A stretch of DNA of 38,894 bases, from positions 6,064 to 44,957 of the forward strand of contig CAYQLX010000002.1 of NCBI GenBank assembly GCA_964418305.1, written 5' to 3'. The notes beneath the pieces were generated by a model that was not told the DNA's origin, did no database searches, and was given only the letters and a program-made list of their open reading frames with translations. The translations under genes were made by a program, and so were the position numbers. This document shows, piece after piece, positions 1 to 8,306 of this stretch (the stretch's first letter is position 1; every line of letters starts with the position of its first letter). This stretch comes from an uncultured Coriobacteriaceae bacterium. Its GTDB lineage: Bacteria; Actinomycetota; Coriobacteriia; Coriobacteriales; QAMH01.

Positions 1-57
1 ATCGTGCATTGCCTGCAGGACCTCGATGAGTTCGAGCTCATCGACTGGCTTGACTAG
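1..57 (+). CDS. 3' end of an unidentified CDS truncated by the window edge
   Basis: Frame 1 reads IVHCLQDLDEFELIDWLD then TAG at 55-57 with no earlier stop. It is too short to identify. Confidence 0.25.
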   Translation: MVHCLQDLDEFELIDWLD

Positions 58-126
58 GGTAGCCGCCTTGCAGCGCCCTGCAACCTAGCAGACGATGCAG
101 AAACATCGGCAGATTCGCAGGTTCTT

Positions 127-219
127 TACGTAGGGGTCGAACTTGTTCGACCCACGATGCATTGGCCCTAACATTTCTGTATTTGCATCGTGGGGCGGAA
201 TGAATTCCGCCCCTACGTA
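127..219. repeat. Inverted pair of ~35-nt hairpin elements (127-161 and 184-219)
   Basis: Copy 1 is TACGTAGGGGTCGAACTTGTTCGACCCACGATGCA. The reverse complement of copy 2 is TACGTAGGGGCGGAATTCATTCCGCCCCACGATGCA. The flanks are identical. The internal stems differ in sequence, but each stays self-complementary. Confidence 0.6.
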
Positions 220-275
220 TGGGGGTGTGCAGCCCTTGCGCACGGTAGAATGGACACGGCAAATAAGGGGGCGGC

Positions 276-713
276 ATGGGCGACAAAGCCAACACAGGCG
301 ACTTTAACACCTGGCTTAAGCAGGAAAAGCAGGCAGTGGATGACTGCGCCATAGCAGCAGATGCGCAGGTTGGCGAGCCGGCAGACATAAGCGAGCTCGT
401 CGAGTCTCAAGCAGCGCAAGCGCGTGAATTCCTCCGGCGCACAAAAGACGGCATGTCATCGGCAAAGCAAGAGCGACGACAAGCCAAAGAGCAGCTTGAG
501 CGCGAGAAGTGCGAGCAAGAGCAGGCGGCCGAGCAAGCGCATCAAGAGAAGCTCGAGCGCCAAATGCGTGAGAAGATTGCCGAGGTGAACCGCAGGCACG
601 GCATCGTCGAGGAAAAGCGCACTTGGCGCAGCGATGCCATGGAGCATATGACAGACCGTGAGTACGCCGATTGGTACGACAACTACTACTTCGACCCCGA
701 TAAGCCGTTCTAG
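276..713 (+). CDS. Hypothetical small, highly charged (Glu/Gln/Lys/Arg-rich, coiled-coil-like) protein with an aromatic C-terminus
   Basis: 145-aa ORF. ATG is preceded by AAGGGGG 4 nt upstream, and TAGAAT (-10-like) lies at 246-251. I recognise no family motif. Confidence 0.5.
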   Translation: MGDKANTGDFNTWLKQEKQAVDDCAIAADAQVGEPADISELVESQAAQAREFLRRTKDGMSSAKQERRQAKEQLEREKCEQEQAAEQAHQEKLERQMREKIAEVNRRHGIVEEKRTWRSDAMEHMTDREYADWYDNYYFDPDKPF

Positions 714-790
714 GAACTAGCACCATAAACTGCGGCCCCTCGTGGAGCTGCGAAATGCGCGGTGCAACACCCCGTCCTTAGCAACTCGTT

Positions 791-1732
791 CTAGGAGCTA
801 GCGCCCTCAACTTCTTGCGGCTTAGGCGCCGGCTTGGCTACAAGCACCATCATGATGAGGATGGCAACGCAACCCACTAGATCTGCCGGGCTTGCAACCG
901 TACCCAGCCACAAGCAGCTAAACACCATGCCGCTCACAGGCTCGAACACACCCACCAAGCTGGCCTTGACCGCGCCGGCCTCTTTAACACCCTGCAGGTA
1001 GACAAAGTAAGCAATCACGGTACCCACGAGCACCACACCAGCAAAGACCGCCCAACCCTGTAGCGGCATGCTCACATGGGCCTGCCACGGCTTGGCAAAG
1101 GGCGCCAGCATAACGGCCGCCAAGGTCATAGCGCATCCGTTGGTGATGAAGCTCCCATACTTATCCAGCAACTTGACGGGCAAGAGGTTGTAGCCCACAA
1201 GCGACAGAGCATTGCCAAGGCCCCATGCAAGGCCGATGGCGCTGATTCCCAAAGAGCCAATTTTGCCCTGCGTGGCAATAGCGGCCGTGCCAAAGAGCGC
1301 CAAGATGAGCGAGGCAAGCTCAACACCCGACGGCGCACGACGGCCGCGCACGCAAATAATGATGACGATGAACACAAGGCCCACCTCTTGCAAGAGCAGT
1401 GCGTTGCCGGCGCCAAGGTAGCTCACCGACGACATATACGTCACCTGAATCAGCACGACACCCACAAGCGCAAAGGCAACGAGGCGCAGCAGCATGGGCG
1501 CGTCTGTAAACAGCTGGGCAAGGCGCTTGCGGTCTGTGACCAGCGCCACGATGATGAAGATGGGACCTGATATAACCGTGCGCATGAAGGCCAGCCACAC
1601 GACGTCGATATGATAATTAGTTGTGAGATAGCTCACGCACGTAGCCGAGAAACCCCAGCACACAGCACCCAGAAAGGCGAGGAAGACTCCCCTCGCCGCG
1701 TGGTTGCCGTTACTGCCCTCTGTTGTCGTCAT
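791..1732 (-). CDS. EamA/DMT-superfamily transporter
   Basis: 313 aa. ATG at 1730-1732 is preceded by GGAAAGGG. About 10 hydrophobic helices in two repeated halves, with an EamA-like N-terminus (FLAFLGAVCWGFSATCV). Confidence 0.8.
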   Translation of the reverse strand: MTTTEGSNGNHAARGVFLAFLGAVCWGFSATCVSYLTTNYHIDVVWLAFMRTVISGPIFIIVALVTDRKRLAQLFTDAPMLLRLVAFALVGVVLIQVTYMSSVSYLGAGNALLLQEVGLVFIVIIICVRGRRAPSGVELASLILALFGTAAIATQGKIGSLGISAIGLAWGLGNALSLVGYNLLPVKLLDKYGSFITNGCAMTLAAVMLAPFAKPWQAHVSMPLQGWAVFAGVVLVGTVIAYFVYLQGVKEAGAVKASLVGVFEPVSGMVFSCLWLGTVASPADLVGCVAILIMMVLVAKPAPKPQEVEGASS

Positions 1733-1834
1733 CTATTGCCCTTTCCTAGCGCGCTTCCTAACGCACAACCTCTGCCATGCTCGCTAAACGAGCGCCAGCA
1801 AGCGATTATACGTTGAGCATCTGCGCACGCGACA

Positions 1835-3238
1835 CTAAACCGCGCGCGATTTGCGCTCGATGATCCCGTATCGCGGGCCAAGCACGGCAACAGCCGTGAC
1901 GCCGCAGATGGTCGCCAGCACCTCTGCGACTAGGACAGAGAACCAGATGCCATCAGCCCCAAAGATCAAAGGCAGCGTCATCACACAGCCAACCTCAAAG
2001 ACAATGGTGCGCGTAAAGGACAGCACGGCACTGACAATGCCGTTTGACAGAGCCGTGAAAAGCGACGAGTTATACATGTTGAAACCCATGAGCAAAAACA
2101 CCATCGCATAGATGGAGAAGGCATGCGCCGTGAGTTGCTGCAGGTCATGGTCGTATCCAACAAAGATGCTCGTCAGCGGTGTGATAAGCAGATGGGACAA
2201 AATCAGCATCACCACGCCCGTCACACCCATGATGCAAAGGCTCTTCTTAAACAGACTGCGCATCTCAACTTTGTTTTGCGCGCCATGCTGAAAGCTCATC
2301 AACGGCGCCGTGCCGACGCAATACCCTATGAAGATTGCAGCAAATATCGTCGACACATAGGCGATAGCGCCGTATGCGGCAACGCCGTTTTCACCTATCA
2401 GCGAGAGCAGCTGCATGTTGAAGACGATAGTCACCACAGAGATGGAGATGTTGGACACCATCTCAGAGCTGCCGTTACCCAGCGCCTCGCCCAAGTAGCG
2501 CAGGTTGAAATGACAACGCCCCAGATGCAAAAGCGAGCTGTTGGGCAGGGCAAAGTACACCAGCGGGATGAGGCCGCCGCATGCGACTCCTATAACCGTA
2601 GCGATAGCAGCACCCTTAATGCCCCAGCCAAAAACCGCCACAAACAAGAAGTCCAATCCGATGTTCGCGATACCGGCTGCAACGCTGGTCCATAGCGATA
2701 CCGAAGGTTTGCCAGAGGCTACAGAGAGCCCCTGGAACGAGTACTCAAGCGAGTCGAACACCAAGCCCATCATCAGAATCGTGCCGTACTCGACGCTCAG
2801 ATCCAAAAGCTCGCCTTGCGCACCCATGAGCGTGAAGATATGCGGGAGCAGCGGGATGCCCACCAAGGTGAGGATGATGGCGATAACGATGGTGGCGTAC
2901 ACAAACAACGAGAAAAGCCGGCTTGCGAGCTCGGGGTTACCGGCGCCGTTTGTCCTAGAGACAATCGCCGAGCCGCCCGTTCCTATCATGTAGCCGAAGG
3001 TCCCCAAAATCGTATACACCGGAAAGGCAAAGTTCACCGCCGCCAACGCAGTGGAGCCCACGAAGTTGGAAACAAAGAAGCCGTCGGCTATCTGGTAAAT
3101 AGCCATGAAGATCATGGTCCCTACAGATGGAGCGGCATACTTGAGAAGACCTGCGATGCCAAAATGCACCGACAGGTCCGGGGTCTTCTTTTTCTTAGAG
3201 ATTTTTTCTTGTTTGTTGTCGCTGCTGCTGCACAGCAT
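1835..3238 (-). CDS. MATE family efflux transporter
   Basis: Polytopic protein with a MatE-like N-terminal segment (LLKYAAPSVGTMIFMAIYQIADGFFVSNFVG) and a second repeat. The start is ambiguous: ATG at 3238 is chosen, and the track ORF starts at TTG 3250. Confidence 0.8.
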   Translation of the reverse strand: MLCSSSDNKQEKISKKKKTPDLSVHFGIAGLLKYAAPSVGTMIFMAIYQIADGFFVSNFVGSTALAAVNFAFPVYTILGTFGYMIGTGGSAIVSRTNGAGNPELASRLFSLFVYATIVIAIILTLVGIPLLPHIFTLMGAQGELLDLSVEYGTILMMGLVFDSLEYSFQGLSVASGKPSVSLWTSVAAGIANIGLDFLFVAVFGWGIKGAAIATVIGVACGGLIPLVYFALPNSSLLHLGRCHFNLRYLGEALGNGSSEMVSNISISVVTIVFNMQLLSLIGENGVAAYGAIAYVSTIFAAIFIGYCVGTAPLMSFQHGAQNKVEMRSLFKKSLCIMGVTGVVMLILSHLLITPLTSIFVGYDHDLQQLTAHAFSIYAMVFLLMGFNMYNSSLFTALSNGIVSAVLSFTRTIVFEVGCVMTLPLIFGADGIWFSVLVAEVLATICGVTAVAVLGPRYGIIERKSRAV

Positions 3239-3270
3239 AAATAACACCAACGTTCAAATAGTTTGGATAC

Positions 3271-3303
3271 CAAAAGCGGCGCCGAGCCTCAAAAGCCTGC
3301 GCC
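3271..3303 (-). terminator. Weak terminator-like hairpin after the acyl-CoA ligase gene
   Basis: GGCGC (3278-3282) pairs with GCGCC (3299-3303). On the minus strand this is followed by CTTTTG. The stem is short and the loop is large. Confidence 0.3.
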
Positions 3304-3336
3304 ACTTAAAACTCCCGACAGATGCTCGTTATGAAT

Positions 3337-4893
3337 CTACGCGATTTCTTTCAGGCGCTGGCTGTCTCGCTTGCCGTTGGGAAGGCTTGGGATTGCCTCC
3401 AAAAAGATAACCTCGTCAGGAAGCGAGCCCTTCTCCAGCTTGTTTGCACCAAAGGCACGCAGCTCCTCGTAGGTGACCTTGCACCCACTCTCCAAAGTGG
3501 CAAAGAGACGCACGCGCTCACCAAGCTCTAGGTCGGGTTTGCCGATGACCGCGCAGTCCTTGATAGCCGGATGGGACAGATAGACTTTCTCCACCTGAGC
3601 GGGGTAGATGTTAAGGCCTCCCCTGACGATGATGTTTTTCAAGCGTCCCAACACATAAAGGCGCCCGTCGTCGTCAAGGCGTCCTACATCGCCCGTCCCA
3701 AACCACTCGCTCGTGTCATAGCTCGTCTTTTCATCATGATCGGTCGTGCGGATGTAGCGCATGAGCGACGGCGTCTTGGTCAAAATTTCCCCCGTAGCGG
3801 GATCTATTTTAAGCTCGGCACCTTGAATAGCTTTGCCCGAGCTTTCCAGACGCGTCTCCAAGGGGGCGTCGGGGGACTCAACCGTCAGTGTAGCTGCCGT
3901 CTCGGTCATGCCGTAAGACAGCACGATACGGCAGCCTGACAGCCTCTCGTACTCTGTCAGCACCGATTCACAGCATGCGTCGCCGGCAACCATGCACACA
4001 CGCGTAGCCGCGGCCTCGCGAGCTTCGGGGCCGGCCTCTCTCATAACAGCCAGCTCCCTGATAATCATCGTCGGCACGCAAAAACGCACAGCCGGCTTCA
4101 AAGAGCCGATCAACTGTAGAGAGGATTGAACGGAATACTTCCTAAGAACGGCCCACGTAGAACCGTGCAACAGGGCACTGACCATGGCCACAAACCCATA
4201 AACATGGAAAACAGGCACAGGCGCGTACAAGACGTCCTCCCCCGTCATACCCAAAGTCTGCGTAAGTCTAGTGGCGTTGTATGTAAACGACGACATAGCG
4301 TTGGCAATCGCCTTGGGAGCACCAGTCGAGCCGCTGGAGAAGAGCACCACGTCCTCATCAACCTTGCGCGAAAAAGAGGTCTCACCTGCGCTTGCAGAGG
4401 CTGCAGAGCGAGCCTTAGCAAGCGAGGTTGCATCCGACGCGTCGCCGTCGAGGTAGAGGAAAGGAACCTCGACGCCGTCACGGCGGGCAGATGCACACGA
4501 GGAAGCATCTTCGAACACAATCAGCGATGGCTTGAGGAATGCTGCATCATCTGCCACATGGTGATCTGTCAGAGAAGGAGCCCTCATGGCGATGTTCAAG
4601 CCCAAGTAATCGGCCGCGCTCAACAGGGCGGGGACCTCTGCCCTGTTGGGAACGTAGAACAGCACGGTGTCACCTTGCTTCAACCCGAGCTCTTCTCTAA
4701 GCCATGCGGCCACGGCCAATGCGAGCTCAAAGGCGTCTTTGTACGACATCGTGTCGCGCTCGCTTGCAACAACGGGCTTATCAGGGTGAGTAGCAGCGCC
4801 TTTTGCCAAAAGGGCGAGGAGAGAGGGCGCCTGGGCAGCAGGCGCATCAACGCCTGTCTGCTCTTCAAGCTGCTTGTCATATTGCGCTGTCAT
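3337..4893 (-). CDS. AMP-forming acyl-CoA synthetase/ligase (ANL superfamily; CaiC/FadK-like position)
   Basis: Motifs FSSGSTGAPKA (P-loop), YGMTET, GDVGRLDDDGRLYVLGRLKNIIVRGGLNIYP and a C-terminal NGKRD lysine. ATG at 4891-4893 follows GGGGGAGGGG. Confidence 0.9.
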   Translation of the reverse strand: MTAQYDKQLEEQTGVDAPAAQAPSLLALLAKGAATHPDKPVVASERDTMSYKDAFELALAVAAWLREELGLKQGDTVLFYVPNRAEVPALLSAADYLGLNIAMRAPSLTDHHVADDAAFLKPSLIVFEDASSCASARRDGVEVPFLYLDGDASDATSLAKARSAASASAGETSFSRKVDEDVVLFSSGSTGAPKAIANAMSSFTYNATRLTQTLGMTGEDVLYAPVPVFHVYGFVAMVSALLHGSTWAVLRKYSVQSSLQLIGSLKPAVRFCVPTMIIRELAVMREAGPEAREAAATRVCMVAGDACCESVLTEYERLSGCRIVLSYGMTETAATLTVESPDAPLETRLESSGKAIQGAELKIDPATGEILTKTPSLMRYIRTTDHDEKTSYDTSEWFGTGDVGRLDDDGRLYVLGRLKNIIVRGGLNIYPAQVEKVYLSHPAIKDCAVIGKPDLELGERVRLFATLESGCKVTYEELRAFGANKLEKGSLPDEVIFLEAIPSLPNGKRDSQRLKEIA

Positions 4894-4925
4894 AAACGTC
4901 CCCTCCCCCGTTTTGAATCTAAAAT

Positions 4926-6488
4926 CTAGGCCATCAAGGTATCGCCCAGGCCGTCCCAGTCCTCCTGGAACAAAGCCGCGTCCATGGTCTTAAGGTTGCT
5001 GCTAACCGCCGGCTTGAAGCCCATGTGAGCGATGACGTCGCGCTCTAGGTCGATACCGGGCGCGACCTCAGTCACGGTCACAACGCCGTCGATAAGCTCC
5101 AGCACGCAGCGCTCGGTGATGTACATGATCTTTTGGTCCTTGCCAGCACTCTTGCCGGCAAAGGTGATCTGCTGGACATGCTCGACAAACTTCTGAGCGC
5201 TGCCCTCCTCAACGATCTTGACCTGGCCGTCGACAATCTCCTCCTTGCACTTGGCCATGAAGGTGCCAGCAAAGACGACCTTTTTAGCCGACTGCGTAAT
5301 GTCGATAAAGCCACCGGGGCCGGAGAGGCGATTGCCAAACTTAGAGACGTTGACGTTGCCCTCCGTGTCAGCCTCTGCAAGACCAAGCACCGTGATATCC
5401 AAACCGCCGCCGTCGATGAGGTCGAACATGTCGTTGTGGACCATCACGCACTCGGGGTTGTAGTTAGACCCAAAGTTGGGAAGTGCCGCAGGCACACCGC
5501 CCACGCCGCCGGCCTCTGCGGTAAGCGTAATCTCGCTCGCGAGGCCTGCCTCGGCGACGATGGAGGCAACGTCAGCGGGGATGCCGACGCCAAAGTTAGC
5601 CACATCGCCTTGGCGAAGCTCCTGGGCGCAGCGGCGGCAGATGACCTTGCGCGGGCTCAAATCGAGCACGGGCAGCTGGTCGAGCGGCTTTCTGAGCTGA
5701 CCGCTAAAGGACGGCTCGTAGTAGACGCCCTCGGTCTGCCAGCAGCAGGACTTATCAGTTGCCTGGACAACGTAATCAACAACGATGCCAGGGATGCGCA
5801 CGTCCTTGGGATTAAGCGTGCCTTTTTGCGCCAGGTACTCCACCTGAACGATGACGATACCGCCGGAGTTGTGGGCGGCCATGGCCACGGCCAGACCCTC
5901 GTTTTGGACGCTTTCCTTCTCGAAGGTGATGTTGCCGTTTTCGTCGGCGGTAGTGCCGCGCAGCAAGGCAACGTCAAGCGGGAAGCTCTTGTAGAAGAGG
6001 TACTCCTCGCCCTGGAACTCGACGAGCTCGACAAGCTCGTCAGTGGTCGAGTCGTTCATCTTGCCGCCCTCTACGCGAGGATCAACAAAGGTACCCAAAC
6101 CAACCTTGGTAAGCAGGCCGGGGCGACCAGCTGCGATCTCACGCCAGAGGTTGACAATCACGCCCTGGGGCAGGCAATGGCACTGGATGTCACCGGACTG
6201 CACGAGCTTGTTGAGTGCGAAGGCAGAGCCGATGTGAGCACCGGACCACTTGGTCACAAGGCCGGGACCGGCCTCGCCCAAGATGGTGACGCCGCGCTCC
6301 TTCCAGTCGCCCATGGCGCAGCCCTGCTTGAGGTTGATGTTGCAGGGATGACCGGTCTCTTTGAAGCTGTCGCGCATGGCGCGCCCGACTTCCTCGGCCC
6401 AGCCAGAAAGACCCATGCCGGCCAAACCGACGGTAGCGCCGTCGGGGATGAGCTTAGCGGCCTCTGCCGCGGTGATGAACTTAGCCAT
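4926..6488 (-). CDS. Family I acyl-CoA:carboxylate CoA-transferase (YdiF / propionate CoA-transferase Pct-like)
   Basis: 520 aa, collinear by eye with remembered Clostridium propionicum Pct. Shared segments include AAEAAKLIPDG, GNITFEKE, GGIVIVQVE and ITERCV. The presumed catalytic Glu lies in TLTAEAGGVGGVP. Confidence 0.9.
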   Translation of the reverse strand: MAKFITAAEAAKLIPDGATVGLAGMGLSGWAEEVGRAMRDSFKETGHPCNINLKQGCAMGDWKERGVTILGEAGPGLVTKWSGAHIGSAFALNKLVQSGDIQCHCLPQGVIVNLWREIAAGRPGLLTKVGLGTFVDPRVEGGKMNDSTTDELVELVEFQGEEYLFYKSFPLDVALLRGTTADENGNITFEKESVQNEGLAVAMAAHNSGGIVIVQVEYLAQKGTLNPKDVRIPGIVVDYVVQATDKSCCWQTEGVYYEPSFSGQLRKPLDQLPVLDLSPRKVICRRCAQELRQGDVANFGVGIPADVASIVAEAGLASEITLTAEAGGVGGVPAALPNFGSNYNPECVMVHNDMFDLIDGGGLDITVLGLAEADTEGNVNVSKFGNRLSGPGGFIDITQSAKKVVFAGTFMAKCKEEIVDGQVKIVEEGSAQKFVEHVQQITFAGKSAGKDQKIMYITERCVLELIDGVVTVTEVAPGIDLERDVIAHMGFKPAVSSNLKTMDAALFQEDWDGLGDTLMA

Positions 6489-6539
6489 TGTTGCTCTCCT
6501 TAGAGGTGAAGTTTCGTTCGTTTCCTAGAAAGCCTGTGC

Positions 6540-6839
6540 CTAGCCGAAGCGGTACTCCACGCCCATGGTGGGCTGGGGGTTTTCCCACTTGGCGATGATG
6601 GTGTCGCCGCAAGCGATGCGGCAGGTGCCGCACTCGAGGCAACCGGCGTAGTCAAAGGTCTTCTCGCCGGTCTCTGCATCGAGCTTGTAAAGCGCCGCGG
6701 GGCACAGCATGATCAGCTTCTCGAACTCTGCGTCGGAAATGTTTTCCGAAAGCTCGATATGGGCGTTGTCCTCGTCTACCTCGTACTTGTTGACGGCCAG
6801 ATAGCCATCAACGTTTACCGTGTAATCGGTCCTGCTCAC
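6540..6839 (-). CDS. fixX: FixX/YdiT-type ferredoxin-like protein
   Basis: 99 aa with FDYAGCLECGTCRIAC and a C-terminal GVEYRFG, as in E. coli FixX. The GTG start overlaps the fixC stop (GTGA at 6836-6839). Confidence 0.9.
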   Translation of the reverse strand: MSRTDYTVNVDGYLAVNKYEVDEDNAHIELSENISDAEFEKLIMLCPAALYKLDAETGEKTFDYAGCLECGTCRIACGDTIIAKWENPQPTMGVEYRFG

Positions 6840-8131
6840 AGTGCCTTCACCGCCTTCATCGCGTCTTTGACTATGTTGAGCAAGCCCACCTTCTTGACGA
6901 TGGGCATAGCGTTTGCCTTGAGATGCTTGGCAGGGCTGCCGTCAACGATGAACATAGACTTCATGACATCGCTGGCCATCTCGGGGTAGCCGCTAAACAT
7001 ACGATCGAAGCCTTCCATGAACGCAGGGGCGTTTTGGTAAGTCTTAAGATCGCTCATGACGAAGGAACCCTCGAGCGCGCGCTCATAGCCAGCCAGGCCT
7101 GCCGCAGACGTATTGCCTGCGTCGATGGCCTTGGCGGCCTCGCGACCTGCGTGCATGCCAGCAGCCACCGCGTAGTCCATGCCGCGCACCTGGTAGCCCA
7201 AATTCAGGCACATCATGGCGTTGTCGCCTGCGAGCATAACGCCGTCGGCAACGAGCTTGGGCATCGCGTTGTAACCACCCTCAGGCACCATGTGACCGGA
7301 GTGCTCAACGACCTTGCCGCCCTTGATGAGCGGAGCAACAGCCGGGTGATTCTTGAGATCTTCAAGCATCTGATAGACAGGCGCCTTGCCGTGCTCTGCA
7401 ACGGCCTCGATGCCGGCGACAATGCCCAAAGAGATGCTCTCCTTGTTGGTGTACATGAAGCCGCCGCCAAAGCAACCCTTGGTGCAGTCGCCTGCAAACA
7501 GCCAAGCGGCGCCCTCGTCGTCAGAGCCAGCGAGCACGCGGTCGGTGATAGTTGCGGCAGGAAGCTCGATGACCTCCTTAACGCCAACAGCCACGGATTC
7601 AGGGCTGGGACGCTTAGCGCCGGTGGCCTCTTTGGCCAGAAGCGAGTTGACGCCATCGCACAAAATGACAACGTCGGCGGTGATCTCATCCTCGCCGGCC
7701 TTGACGCCTACGACCTTGCCTGCGTCGTCTTTGACCAAAGACTCGACGGGAATGCCGTAGATGAACTCGGCACCTGCGTCTTCTGCCTTAGAGGCGAGCC
7801 ATTGATCAAACGGAGCGCGCAAAACGACGTAGGAATCGCGGCCCTCCTGCTTCATGTCCTCGGCTGAGTAATCAATCGTGAGGTTGGCATCGCCCGTCAT
7901 GAGGCTGATGCGCTCATGCGTGACCTTGCGCTCCAGCGGAGCTTCGCTCTCAAAGTCGGGGAATACCGCCTTGAGGGCATGCGAGTAAATACGGCCGCCG
8001 GTCATGTTCTTTGCACCGGCAAAGTTGCCGCGCTCGATGACTAGGACTTCCTTGCCGGCCTTTGCCAGCTCGTATGCCGCAACGCTGCCTGCGCAGCCAG
8101 CGCCCACGACTATAGCCTGAAAATCTGACAT
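6836..8131 (-). CDS. fixC: FixC/YdiS-type FAD-dependent oxidoreductase (ETF:quinone oxidoreductase-like)
   Basis: N-terminal dinucleotide fold AIVVGAGCAGSVAAYELAKAGKEVLVIERGNFAGAKNMTGGRIY. Collinear with remembered E. coli FixC through MLEDLKNHPAVAPLIKGGK. RBS AAGGGAGAG. Confidence 0.9.
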   Translation of the reverse strand: MSDFQAIVVGAGCAGSVAAYELAKAGKEVLVIERGNFAGAKNMTGGRIYSHALKAVFPDFESEAPLERKVTHERISLMTGDANLTIDYSAEDMKQEGRDSYVVLRAPFDQWLASKAEDAGAEFIYGIPVESLVKDDAGKVVGVKAGEDEITADVVILCDGVNSLLAKEATGAKRPSPESVAVGVKEVIELPAATITDRVLAGSDDEGAAWLFAGDCTKGCFGGGFMYTNKESISLGIVAGIEAVAEHGKAPVYQMLEDLKNHPAVAPLIKGGKVVEHSGHMVPEGGYNAMPKLVADGVMLAGDNAMMCLNLGYQVRGMDYAVAAGMHAGREAAKAIDAGNTSAAGLAGYERALEGSFVMSDLKTYQNAPAFMEGFDRMFSGYPEMASDVMKSMFIVDGSPAKHLKANAMPIVKKVGLLNIVKDAMKAVKAL

Positions 8132-8174
8132 TTATCTCTCCCTTCTATACATAGAAGTCTCTCTACCCAAATGG

Positions 8175-8207
8175 GGGCATCGCATCGTGGGGAGCGATAC
8201 GATGCCC
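8175..8207. repeat. Imperfect hairpin sharing the 11-mer GCATCGTGGGG with the 127-219 elements
   Basis: GGGCATCG-C-ATCG [TGGGGAG] CGAT-A-CGATGCCC. The 11-mer at 8182-8192 is identical to 185-195, and its near-complement is at 151-160. Confidence 0.45.
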
Positions 8208-8269
8208 TGAAAATGCCTGACGCGAAAAAGGAGGGGATTGAACGTCAAGCCGTGGTAAATCAAGTGGTC

Positions 8270-8298
8270 GCAAGACCGGAAAGGTATTCCGGTCTTGC
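8270..8298 (-). terminator. 12-bp hairpin 8 nt after the CoA-transferase stop (partial terminator or processing site)
   Basis: GCAAGACCGGAA [AGGTA] TTCCGGTCTTGC. On the minus strand it is followed by GACCACTTGATTT, a poor U-tract. Confidence 0.45.
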
Positions 8299-8306
8299 GT
8301 TGAGAA

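Noticed and set aside
5133-6503. Long plus-strand ORFs antisense to confidently called minus-strand genes. Examples are 5133-6503, 8478-9533, 11066-12031, 14612-15919, 16219-17436, 23822-25087, 25316-27187, 29997-31307, 31602-32990, 35062-36405 and 36461-37465.
   Set aside because: These are typical shadow ORFs of GC-rich DNA. Their translations are low-complexity (Ala/Gly/Arg/Val/His-rich), they lack RBSs and recognisable motifs, and each fully overlaps a gene with strong family signatures.
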